The notes below the pieces were generated by a model that saw only the letters and a list, made by a program, of their open reading frames with translations, ran no database searches and was not told where the DNA came from. The translations under genes and the position numbers were made by a program. From Candidatus Baltobacterales bacterium (lineage in GTDB: Bacteria > Chloroflexota > Dormibacteria > Dormibacterales > Dormibacteraceae), in the NCBI GenBank assembly GCA_035533335.1, contig DATLUC010000031.1, forward strand, positions 45,814 to 109,813: a DNA stretch of 64,000 nt, written 5' to 3'. Below, piece by piece: positions 27,942 to 36,444 of this stretch; the first letter of the stretch is position 1, and every line of letters starts with the position of its first letter.

Positions 27942-29333
27942 TTACGCGCGCAGGTCCCTGGCCATCTCGGCGAAGTTGTCGACGTAGCGTTGCACGTCAT
28001 CGATCGAGTGCTGGACCGAAAGGGTCCAGTTCTCCTCCGCGCCCGGAGCCATGATGACTCCGCGGTTGCACTGGTAGAGCCAGCTCAGGTAGGCCAGGTC
28101 CTTGTCAATCTCGAGGTAGTCACGGTAGTTGCGCACGCGCCGTGCGCGATACGTGACGCCACCGCGCGCCGCCAGCGTGGTTACGTGGTACGGCAGGTCG
28201 TGCTCGCCGATCACACTGTCGAGTCCGCCCTGCAGCGTCTCTGCGAGCGCGTCGAAGTGCGCATACGCGGACGGGTCGAGGATCTCGAGCAAGGTGACCC
28301 TTGACGCGGCCATGGTCAGCGGGTTGCCGTTGAAGGTGCCCATCTGCGCGACGCGCTTGTCCTCGATCACGCCCATCACGTCGTCGCGACCGCCGACGGC
28401 GCCGCAAGGCAGGCCGCCGCCGATCGCCTTGGCCAGCGCGACCAGGTCCGGCGTCACGCCGAAACGCTCGGTGGCGCCGCCGGCCGAGATGGTGACGCCG
28501 GTCTTCACCTCGTCGAAGATCAGGAGGGCGCCGTGGTTGTGCGCGACCTCCTTGATCGCGGCCAGGTATCCCTGGTCGGGAAGGACGATGCCGACGTTCA
28601 TCATGGCCGGCTCGACGATGACCGCCGCCACCTCGCCCTTGTGATGCTCAAACGCCTTCTCCAGCGCCGGAAGGTCGTTGAACGGCACCACAGTGGTGAG
28701 TTCGACGATCGCGGCGGGGATGCCCTCGCTCTGGGGGACCGAGGCGGGGGACTCGGCCGGTCCCATCCTGTCGGGGGGCGGCTCCACCGAGACCATCAGC
28801 GCGTCGTGGTGCCCGTGGTAGGAGGCCTCGATCTTGATCAGCCGCTCACGTCCCGTGAAGCCGCGGGCGATCCTCACGGCATCGAGCGTCGACTCGGTGC
28901 CCGAGTTGGTGAAGCGCCACTTGGGCTGCTTGAAGCGCCGCGAGAGCTCACGGGCCACGATGATGCTGTTCTCGACCGGCTGGGCGAAGTGCGAGCCGAG
29001 CGCGACCTGGCGGGTCACCGCGTCCACGATCTTCGGGTGGGCGTGGCCAACGATCATCACTCCGAACCCGTTGTGGAAGTCGACGTACTCGTTGCCGTCC
29101 ACGTCCCAGACCCGGCTGCCGTGCCCGCGCTCTATGAAGATGGGCTGGGGCGACGCGTCCTGGAATGAAGAAGGGACGCCTCGAGGCATGACCTCGCGAG
29201 CCTCGATCCAGAGCTGGCGCGAGCGGGGTCGAGCCCGCCGGAACTTCTCCTCTTCGCCTCCGATGAGCTCGGCGACTCGTCCGGCCGGCAGCTCTCGCGT
29301 GGTCGTGGTCGCCATCTGCAAGCCCTCCGTCAC
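27942..29333 (-). CDS. Class III (acetylornithine/GSA-type) PLP-dependent aminotransferase
   Basis: 463 aa with FHNGFGVMIVGHAHP, FTNSGTESTLDAVRIAR, LIFDEVKTG and the rest of the class III pattern. Confidence 0.85.
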   Translation of the reverse strand: MTEGLQMATTTTRELPAGRVAELIGGEEEKFRRARPRSRQLWIEAREVMPRGVPSSFQDASPQPIFIERGHGSRVWDVDGNEYVDFHNGFGVMIVGHAHPKIVDAVTRQVALGSHFAQPVENSIIVARELSRRFKQPKWRFTNSGTESTLDAVRIARGFTGRERLIKIEASYHGHHDALMVSVEPPPDRMGPAESPASVPQSEGIPAAIVELTTVVPFNDLPALEKAFEHHKGEVAAVIVEPAMMNVGIVLPDQGYLAAIKEVAHNHGALLIFDEVKTGVTISAGGATERFGVTPDLVALAKAIGGGLPCGAVGGRDDVMGVIEDKRVAQMGTFNGNPLTMAASRVTLLEILDPSAYAHFDALAETLQGGLDSVIGEHDLPYHVTTLAARGGVTYRARRVRNYRDYLEIDKDLAYLSWLYQCNRGVIMAPGAEENWTLSVQHSIDDVQRYVDNFAEMARDLRA

Positions 29334-29417
29334 CAGGCCCCGCCTTGACAGGTCCGAGCCTTGGCCCTCTAATTGTCCGCTTTTCAGCTATTCGTCATAG
29401 ACGAAGGGAGGGTTTGG

Positions 29418-29975
29418 ATGGGGGATACCGCCGCCGTAGCGGAGCTTGCGGCTGAAAAGCGCAAGCTCAAGAAGTCGCTCTTCCGGTTCGACATGATCTT
29501 CTTCACGATCTGCGCGATCGTGGCCATCGACACCATCGGGCAATCCTCTTCGTACGGAGCCCAGGCGATCTTCTGGCTGATCGTCTCGGCCGTCACGTTC
29601 CTCATCCCTTACGGCCTTCTGACAGCCGAGCTCGGCACGGCGTTCCCGACCGAAGGCGCCACCTACGACTGGGTGCGCCTGGCCTATGGCCACTTCGCCG
29701 GGGCGGTCGTCGGCGTCCTCTACTGGCTCAGCAACCCGATCTGGCTGGGTGGCACGCTGACGGCGACGGCCATCGCCGCGTCGGACGCCCTGTGGGGCAG
29801 CAGCATCAGCGGCAACCAGGGCACTGAAAGCGTCATCGGCTTCCTGTTCATCTGGGTCGCGTTCTCGGCGGTGCGCGAGAACGGCGTCTTCCACTTCCAG
29901 TCGCTGATGAGCGAGTTTCTGAAGCGTGGCCAGCAGGCAGTCTCGCGCACTAGGTCGCGGCGAGCGGAAGCGTGA
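29418..29975 (+). pseudogene. APC-family amino-acid permease, N-terminal fragment only (about 4 TM)
   Basis: MGDTAAV...LFRFDMIFFTICAIVAIDTIGQSSSYGAQAIFWLIVSAVTFLIPYGLLTAELGTAFPTEGATYDWV... is APC-like. Similarity ends near FIWVAFSAV (about 29870), and the frame runs into the convergent kinase gene. Confidence 0.65.
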
Positions 29976-32145
29976 AGTGGAAGTCCGATCCCTTGCCCTG
30001 CTCGCTGTCGGCCCAGATCTTCCCGCCGTGCAGCTCGACGATCTGGCGCGTGATGGCCAGGCCAAGCCCGGTGCCGATGATCTTGCCGCTCGTTTTCTCG
30101 TATCTCTCGTAGCGGCTGAAGAGCCGCTTCACGAACTCGGGTGCGATGCCGACCCCGTGGTCTTTGACGCTCACGTCCACGTGACCATCTCGAGCGCGGC
30201 TGGCAACCACCACCTCGCCTCCCTCGGGTGAGTACTTGATGGAGTTGCTCAAGAGGTTGGTGATGATCTGGGCGATGCGGTCGGGGTCGCACTGGACGAC
30301 GGGGTCGCGCGAATCGAAGTCGCAGACGAACACGTGCTTGGCGGACGAGGCTCTCGCCCGCGCCACCGCCTCGTTCAGCAGTACGTTGATGCTCGAGGGC
30401 TCGAGGTTCAGCGTCAGCCGGCCGGCCTCGATCCGGTCCAGGTCGAGCATGTCGTTGATCATCCGGTTCAGGCGCTCGGCGTCCTTGTTGATGTCGACGG
30501 CGAACCCCTTCGCGTCTTCGAGAGTGATGTCGGAATCGCGGATCATCTCGCTGAAACCCTGGATCCCGACCAGCGCGGTCCGGAACTCGTGGCTGACCAG
30601 GGCCACGAACTCGCTCTTCAGCTGGTTGAGCCGTTCCAGGCCGGCCAGGTGGGCGGCCGCGGCTTCGTTGGCGGCGTGGTCAGCATCCGTGTCTTCGTAC
30701 ATCGCGATGAAGTAGTCGATCCGGCCTGACGCGCTCCTCACCACCGTGGCGCTCCAGTGAAGCCATACCTCGGTCTGGTCTGCGCGCACGGCGCGGCTGT
30801 CCGATTCGATCGTGTCCACGGCGCCATTCCAGAGGGGCTGGAAAACCTCGAACACACGATTGAACTCATCCGGGTGGAGATATGCGGCCACCGAGGTGCC
30901 GACTATCTGCCGCGTGTCTGCGCGCAGGAGCGCGGCCAGGCGCGGGTTGATGTCGATGATCTTCATGTCCGTGCCGACGCGGGCAATGCCCAGCGGGGCG
31001 TGGGTGACGATCTCGTCGAGGAGGCTGTTGCGGCGCGCGAGCTGGGTTTCGGTCCGCTGGCTCGTGACCAGCAAAGACAGCGAATCGCGGTGCGACAGCA
31101 CCTGGCTGCCCACCAGGAGAATCCCGATTCCGCCGACCAGGACGGTGCTGAACCGATCGAGCGCATGGTCGGTGGTGGCCTCGTGGATGGCCACCACCGC
31201 GGCTGCGAGGACGGCCGCCCAGGGCAGCGCAAGCTGCCAGAGCTCGATGGGGCCCTCCGCCCTGACGGTTTCGGTGTCGTTGGTGGGCCACAGCGGGGCG
31301 AGCGCGATCATCAAATACCCGACCACCCACCCGGCGTCCAGGACGCTGCCGATGGCCCCAAACGTCCCATTGGCGGTGAGGTAGGCGAACGCGCTGTCCG
31401 CCAGCGCGGCAGAGGCCAGGCCCCCGAGCAGCAGGAACATGCGGCCGAGCTCGGTCCTGCGCGCACGGCGGATGGCCAGCACGAGGACGGTGATCGTCAC
31501 GATGTCGCCCAGCGGGTACGCGAGACCGATCAGCTTGGCCGCGGGCGAAGCAGGCGAGCTCGAGTAGACCTGGCCAAGGCCCATCGCCCATGCGATAAAG
31601 AGGAGCGACAGGGCGACGATCGCGCCGGCCAGCAGGGCCTCTCCGCGGGTGGTCAGACGGGATGGGGCGGAGGTGAACGCGAACACGCCGCCCACCGCGA
31701 GCGGGACGGCGAGAAGGTAACCGGCATCGGCGGCTGACGGGAACGGGACGGCGATGCCCAGGCCGACCTCGTACACCGACCAGATGACCTCGCCGATCCC
31801 CCAGCTGGCGGCCGAGGCGGCGAACAGGCCCCAAGCAACCCGGGTGCGATGCTCGTTCCTGGCCGCGGCCAGTCCGCAGCTCGCCGCGGCGATCAAAGCA
31901 GCCACCGCCTCGCCGATGTCGTCGACGGCGATCGTCGCCTGGTCTCCGCCGACCCGAAGGGCGGTCCAGGCGACGAACGCTGCCGCGAGCGCCCCGGCGA
32001 CGACGGCCGCGATGGTGAAGGCGCGCCAACCACGCAAGCCGAGCCCGGCCTTCACCACCCGCGTACCTGGCGCGTAAGGGCCTGCCCCTGCCGAGTGGGA
32101 TGCACGCTGCAGGGACGGGTAGGTCGGAGAAGGAGGGGTGGACAC
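29950..32145 (-). CDS. Sensor histidine kinase (multi-TM N-terminus, PAS-like region, HisKA, HATPase_c)
   Basis: 731 aa with the H-box SEFVALVSHEFRTAL and N, G1 and G2 boxes in the C-terminus (NLLSNSIKYSP, DHGVGI, GTGLGLAI). Confidence 0.9.
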   Translation of the reverse strand: MSTPPSPTYPSLQRASHSAGAGPYAPGTRVVKAGLGLRGWRAFTIAAVVAGALAAAFVAWTALRVGGDQATIAVDDIGEAVAALIAAASCGLAAARNEHRTRVAWGLFAASAASWGIGEVIWSVYEVGLGIAVPFPSAADAGYLLAVPLAVGGVFAFTSAPSRLTTRGEALLAGAIVALSLLFIAWAMGLGQVYSSSPASPAAKLIGLAYPLGDIVTITVLVLAIRRARRTELGRMFLLLGGLASAALADSAFAYLTANGTFGAIGSVLDAGWVVGYLMIALAPLWPTNDTETVRAEGPIELWQLALPWAAVLAAAVVAIHEATTDHALDRFSTVLVGGIGILLVGSQVLSHRDSLSLLVTSQRTETQLARRNSLLDEIVTHAPLGIARVGTDMKIIDINPRLAALLRADTRQIVGTSVAAYLHPDEFNRVFEVFQPLWNGAVDTIESDSRAVRADQTEVWLHWSATVVRSASGRIDYFIAMYEDTDADHAANEAAAAHLAGLERLNQLKSEFVALVSHEFRTALVGIQGFSEMIRDSDITLEDAKGFAVDINKDAERLNRMINDMLDLDRIEAGRLTLNLEPSSINVLLNEAVARARASSAKHVFVCDFDSRDPVVQCDPDRIAQIITNLLSNSIKYSPEGGEVVVASRARDGHVDVSVKDHGVGIAPEFVKRLFSRYERYEKTSGKIIGTGLGLAITRQIVELHGGKIWADSEQGKGSDFHFTLPLAAT

Positions 32146-32157
32146 TTCTCCGGTCTT

Positions 32158-32188
32158 ATGTTAATTCAGCTGGAATGTCAGTTAACAT
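32158..32188. promoter_or_regulatory. Inverted repeat ATGTTAA-N17-TTAACAT in an AT-rich intergenic region (candidate operator)
   Basis: ATGTTAA (32158-32164) and TTAACAT (32182-32188) are perfect reverse complements. The spacer contains CAGCTG. The repeat lies between the kinase start (32145) and the next plus-strand ORFs. Confidence 0.3.
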
Positions 32189-32250
32189 GCGGAGGCAGTA
32201 CTTGTAGCACAGCCGCGAGGGTGTGAGCACGGCCAAGCGGGAGGCACTGC

Positions 32251-32574
32251 GTGGAGACGATAGGAAACCGTGGCCCGGGTGCCGCCGAGACCTCGGGCGG
32301 GATTGACCAGGCGGCCGAACTTCGGCCGGCGCGGGCGTTGGCGGCGGTCCTGGTCGCAGGCGGCGCCGTGGTGCTGTGCGCCATGCCGGCGGTGGTCGTG
32401 CTCGGGGTGGCCAGGCTGCAGGTGGAGCAGCTGGCAGGCGGGTTCGGGGACCTGGCTGCGGTCCTCGGCGGGGTGAAGTTGGCGTTGGCGGCGTTCGCTT
32501 CGGTTGGCCGTTGGTGGTCGGAACGCTCGGCCAGATTAGCCACCACGCCAACGGTTGATCTCTGTTTGGGCTGA
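32251..32574 (+). CDS. Hypothetical two-TM membrane protein
   Basis: 107-aa ORF (GTG start) with consistently G/C third positions and two hydrophobic segments. No recognisable family. Confidence 0.4.
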   Translation: METIGNRGPGAAETSGGIDQAAELRPARALAAVLVAGGAVVLCAMPAVVVLGVARLQVEQLAGGFGDLAAVLGGVKLALAAFASVGRWWSERSARLATTPTVDLCLG

Positions 32575-32627
32575 CTTTTTGAGATCTCGTCGCCGCGTGG
32601 TCTGCGCGGCATAAGGAGGTGATTTGA

Positions 32628-32726
32628 ATGCGAAAGCTGCTGTTGGCCGCGATCCTGGCGACGCTGCTGGTCCTCGTCCTCTCGATGGGCGTCGGTGCCG
32701 AGGGGTCGGTGGGCTGCTGCCTGTAA
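32628..32726 (+). CDS. 32-aa signal-peptide-like small ORF (candidate secreted or signalling pro-peptide)
   Basis: Found manually; it is below the track's size cut-off. AAGGAGGTG lies 7 nt upstream of ATG 32628. Translation is MRKLLLAAILATLLVLVLSMGVGAEGSVGCCL, with stop TAA at 32724-32726. Confidence 0.45.
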   Translation: MRKLLLAAILATLLVLVLSMGVGAEGSVGCCL

Positions 32727-32794
32727 TACCCAGGCTGCTGGGCGCTCGTCAATCATTTCTGTCAAGTGAGGTTCGGCTGGATTAAGCTGGCGAG

Positions 32795-34183
32795 GTGTCA
32801 GCCCTGTCTTCGCACCCTGTAGAGCCGCGTGCTCCGACTGGGTCGGCGAAGACGTCGGGCCGTCGGGGACGCCGTCGTGGAGTCGAGATCAAGCCCGGAT
32901 CCGCAAGGCAAGCACGCCTGGAAGCCGGTCTGAGCTTGGCCCAGGTGGCCGGGGACCAGATCAGCCGTACCGCGATCTATTTCGTCGAGACCGGGAAGGC
33001 GAAGCCGTCGATGGAGACGCTCCGGTTGATCTCGGAGCGCACCGGCCGCCCGCTCGAGTTCTTCCTCGCCCAGCCTGCGGAGGGCAACCCCGCGATGTAC
33101 GCCGGGACGGCTGAGCTGGAGCGCCTGATCGCGTCCGGTGCGCTTACCGAGGTCGTCGCGACCGGCGAGCGGGTGCTCGAGCAGAGATTGGACCCGGACA
33201 CCGAGGCCAGGGTCAGGCACCTGGTCGCCACGGCTCAGCTGCGGCTCGGTCAACCGGTGGTCGGCCGCCGCCTGGCGGCCGCGGCTCGGGCCCACTTCGA
33301 GCGGGTCGGCGACTTGCTGATGACGGCCGAGTGCCTGTGCTCGGAGGCCCAGGGCGCCTACCTGATGCAGGATCCCTCGGCGCTCTCCCTGGCCGAGGGC
33401 GCGCTGACGACGGCACGTTCCCTCAAGGTCCTGCCGCCGTCGACTGAATTCCGGTTGCTCGGAACTCTGGCCGGCGTCCATGCCACAAACCGCAACTGGC
33501 CGGCCGCGATCGAGGCATACCAGGCGTCAATCGCCGCGGGCGACAGCATCCATGACCTGCGGCGTCTTTCCCTCACCTTCAGCGGCTTGAGCCTCGCCTA
33601 CCAGGAGCTGGGTCAGATCAACCAGGCTTCTCGTTACAGCCAGCGTGCGCTGGCGATCCACGAAACCTTGAACGACCGGATCTCCCTGGCTCGCTCCGAG
33701 AACAACCTGGGCCTGCTGCTCGTAAGAGTCGGCGAGCCTGCGTCGGGGCGACCTCACCTCGAGCGGGCGCTGCGTCTTTTCGAGGAGGCTGGGTTGACCG
33801 GCCGCAGTGATGTCCTCTTGAGCATGAGCGAGCTCGAATTCACGCAGTCCAACTTCGCAAAGGCCGCCGAGCTTGCCCGCCAAGCCTTGAGCCTCGCGGT
33901 CGAAGAAGCCGCGGTGGGCCGCATCGCGGATGCTCACTTTTGGCTTGGCCGGATTGCCGCCTCGGAGGGGCGCGATGAGGCTGCCGATGCCGAGTGCGCC
34001 ACCGCCATCGGGATACTCGAGGCGGCGGCGGCTGTCGAGCGTTTGGCGCAAGCGCACGCGATCTACGCGGAAATCCTCGAGGCTAGGGGCGATCTGAGCG
34101 GAGCCAATCGTCAATTGAGGCACGCGCTCGCCGCTTCCCGTCCGGGTCCGCACGCGTCCGACACGCGAGCCGCCACGGCCTGA
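32795..34183 (+). CDS. XRE-family HTH regulator with a long TPR-type repeat domain
   Basis: N-terminus ARLEAGLSLAQVAGDQISRTAIYFVETGKAKPSMETLRLISERTG (HTH_XRE), followed by about 350 aa of helical repeats (LSLAYQELGQINQASRYSQRALAI, NNLGLLLVRVGEPASGRPHLERALRLF, etc.). Confidence 0.85.
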   Translation: MSALSSHPVEPRAPTGSAKTSGRRGRRRGVEIKPGSARQARLEAGLSLAQVAGDQISRTAIYFVETGKAKPSMETLRLISERTGRPLEFFLAQPAEGNPAMYAGTAELERLIASGALTEVVATGERVLEQRLDPDTEARVRHLVATAQLRLGQPVVGRRLAAAARAHFERVGDLLMTAECLCSEAQGAYLMQDPSALSLAEGALTTARSLKVLPPSTEFRLLGTLAGVHATNRNWPAAIEAYQASIAAGDSIHDLRRLSLTFSGLSLAYQELGQINQASRYSQRALAIHETLNDRISLARSENNLGLLLVRVGEPASGRPHLERALRLFEEAGLTGRSDVLLSMSELEFTQSNFAKAAELARQALSLAVEEAAVGRIADAHFWLGRIAASEGRDEAADAECATAIGILEAAAAVERLAQAHAIYAEILEARGDLSGANRQLRHALAASRPGPHASDTRAATA

Positions 34184-34303
34184 CCCTCGGCGCGGCCCAT
34201 CCGTTTGGAGCGGATCGGCCGACCCGATGTCCTGTGCGCCTTGAATTAACACTATGATGCTTGAGCCGGATCTGACTTAACGCAGGCGGCAAGGGGAAGC
34301 AGC

Positions 34304-34726
34304 ATGGGATGGGCGTCGATGGAAGTAAGCCAACCGGCACATCAGCTCGTCGAGCCAGGCCGGATCCTGGTCGTCGAGGACGACCTGGCCAGCCAGCTGC
34401 TCGCCACCGTGATCCTCGAGCTCGATGGTTACGAGGTGGAGGTGGCGAACACGGCGGCCCAGGCCAGCCGGCTGATCGCCGAGCACCGGCCAGACCTCAT
34501 CCTGATGGACGTCCAGCTGCCTGGCGAGGATGGGCTGTCGCTGACCGGCCGCCTGAAGGCGGACCCGCTGACCGCCTCCATCCCGATCGTGGCCGTCACG
34601 GCCCTCGCCATGTCGGGCGACCTGGAGCGCACCATCGCCGCGGGTTGTGACGCCTACGTGGTCAAGCCGATCGACACGAAGACGTTCGCCGGCGACCTTC
34701 GCCGCCTCTTGCGCGCCACCGGCTGA
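34304..34726 (+). CDS. Stand-alone response-regulator receiver (CheY-like)
   Basis: Motifs ILVVEDD, PDLILMDVQLPGEDG, IVAVTA and YVVKP. Confidence 0.9.
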   Translation: MGWASMEVSQPAHQLVEPGRILVVEDDLASQLLATVILELDGYEVEVANTAAQASRLIAEHRPDLILMDVQLPGEDGLSLTGRLKADPLTASIPIVAVTALAMSGDLERTIAAGCDAYVVKPIDTKTFAGDLRRLLRATG

Positions 34727-34736
34727 CCCAGCGCCC

Positions 34737-36326
34737 TCAATCCTGGCCGCCGTTCGCCTGGTGGGCATACTCGAGCGAGTCAACCAGGGCGAGCAGCGAG
34801 GCTTCGATGATGTTGCTCGAGCACCCGACCGTGGTCCAACGTTTCGCATCCTTGCCCGATTCGATCAACACGCGAGTGGTGGCGGCCGTACCGGCCTCGC
34901 CGTCGAGGATGCGCACCTTGTAATCGTGGAGGCTGACGCCTTCCAGCGCGGGGAACTGCGGGCTCAACGCTTTGCGGAGGGCCGCGTCCAGGGCGTTGAC
35001 CGGCCCGTTGCCGGACGCGGCGGTGTGGTACACGGCGCCGCCGACCTCGACCTTCACGGTTGCCTCCGCATGCACGGACGAGCCGTTCTTACGGACCTGG
35101 GTCGTGAAGTCCACGACCGTCCACGGCGCCGAATAGCCGGGCTGCAGTCGCCGGACCAGCATCGCGAACGATGCTTCCGCTGCCTCGTACGAGTAGCCGC
35201 GGTGCTCGAGCTCCTTGAGGTGCTGGACCAGCCAGCGGGTCTGCGGGTCGTCGCGGTCGAGCTCCAGGCCGAACTCTCGCGCCTTCGCCAGCACGTTGCC
35301 CCGGCCTGCCAGCTCCGACACGAGCACGCGAGGCTCGTTACCGACCAGGCCCGGGTCGATGTGCTGGTACGCGTCCTTGTGTTTCAAGACCGCGGCCACG
35401 TGCTGGCCGCCCTTGTGCGCGAACGCCCCGTGTCCGACGAACGGCTGCTGCAGCGGCAGGGCCAGGTTGGCGATCTCTGCGACGGTCCGTGACAGGTCGC
35501 TGAACCGCTCCACCGATTCGCGGGGGAGCGCCTCCAGGCCGAGCTTCAACACGAGGTCCGCCACCACAGACACGAGGTTGGCGTTGCCGCATCTTTCCCC
35601 GTAGCCGTTGATGGTGCCCTGGACCATTTCGGCGCCGGCCATCACTCCCTCGAGGGAGTTGGCGACCGCGAGCTCGCAGTCGTTATGGCAGTGGATGCCG
35701 ATGCGCGCGGTGGCCCCGGCCTCGGTCAGCGCCCGGCTGACCGCCTCGACTCCGCGCCGGATGTCGGCCGGCAGCGATCCGCCGTTGGTGTCGCAGAGCA
35801 CGACCCACGACGCGCCGGCGCGCGCCGCGGTCAGGCAGACCTCGATCGCGTATTCAGCATCCCTGGCGAACCCGTCGAAGAAATGCTCGGCATCGAAGAT
35901 CACCTCGCGGTCCCGCGCGATCCCGTACGCGACCGATTCCTCCACCATCGCGAGGTTCTCGGTCGTCGTGGTCTGGAGCACGGCGCTCACCTGCCAGGGG
36001 TCGCTCTTGCCAACCAGCGTCCACACCGGGGCGGCGCTCTGCGCCAGCGCCGCGAGGTTGGCGTCGTCTTCGCAGCTTCCGCCTGCACGGCGCGTCGCGC
36101 CGAAGGCCGCCAGCCTCGCGGTCTCCAGGGGCTGGATTCGAAGGCGATCGAAGAGCTCCTCGTCCTTGGGGTTCGAACCCGGAAACCCCCCTTCCACGTA
36201 GTCGAACCCAAGGCCGTCCAGGAGCCGCGCTATGCGCAGCTTGTCCGAGGCGGAAAAGGACACGGCCGGACCCTGCGCCCCATCGCGCAAGGTGGTGTCG
36301 TACACCACGATTCTTCGGCTGGACAT
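34737..36326 (-). CDS. cimA: (R)-citramalate synthase (2-isopropylmalate synthase family, CimA-type)
   Basis: VVYDTTLRDGAQG, HCHND and a C-terminal LeuA-dimer-like regulatory domain. The start is ATG 36326 (MSSRRIV), preceded by GGGAGG-U7. Confidence 0.9.
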   Translation of the reverse strand: MSSRRIVVYDTTLRDGAQGPAVSFSASDKLRIARLLDGLGFDYVEGGFPGSNPKDEELFDRLRIQPLETARLAAFGATRRAGGSCEDDANLAALAQSAAPVWTLVGKSDPWQVSAVLQTTTTENLAMVEESVAYGIARDREVIFDAEHFFDGFARDAEYAIEVCLTAARAGASWVVLCDTNGGSLPADIRRGVEAVSRALTEAGATARIGIHCHNDCELAVANSLEGVMAGAEMVQGTINGYGERCGNANLVSVVADLVLKLGLEALPRESVERFSDLSRTVAEIANLALPLQQPFVGHGAFAHKGGQHVAAVLKHKDAYQHIDPGLVGNEPRVLVSELAGRGNVLAKAREFGLELDRDDPQTRWLVQHLKELEHRGYSYEAAEASFAMLVRRLQPGYSAPWTVVDFTTQVRKNGSSVHAEATVKVEVGGAVYHTAASGNGPVNALDAALRKALSPQFPALEGVSLHDYKVRILDGEAGTAATTRVLIESGKDAKRWTTVGCSSNIIEASLLALVDSLEYAHQANGGQD

Positions 36327-36358
36327 AAAAAAACCTCCCGACCTGGATGGCCGGGAGG
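36327..36358 (-). terminator. Intrinsic terminator/attenuator hairpin immediately upstream of the cimA start codon
   Basis: The minus-strand RNA is CCUCCCGGCC-AUCCA-GGUCGGGAGG followed by U7 and then AUG. The 3' arm contains the cimA Shine-Dalgarno (GGGAGG). This is the only A7/T7 run I noticed in the window. Confidence 0.65.
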
Positions 36359-36381
36359 TCCCACGACTCGAGCGGAGTGCG

Positions 36382-36444
36382 CTAAGTCGGGGGACCTCCC
36401 CGGCTAATCTCGATCGCAATTCCAATCCGGCGCAGGCAGCGCAT
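36382..36444 (-). CDS. Candidate Ile-rich leader peptide of the cimA attenuator
   Basis: ATG 36444 gives MRCLRRIGIAIEISRGGPPT and stop TAG at 36382-36384. Four Ile codons (ATT, ATT, ATC, ATT) fall within 7 positions. The last codons form the 5' arm of the antiterminator. Confidence 0.5.
   Translation of the reverse strand: MRCLRRIGIAIEISRGGPPT

Noticed and set aside
32700-32726. Lipobox interpretation of the small ORF's C-terminal S-V-G-C-C-L
   Set aside because: The -3 position is Ser rather than Leu, Val or Ile. Cleavage would also leave a 3-residue mature product, so a lipoprotein reading is implausible.
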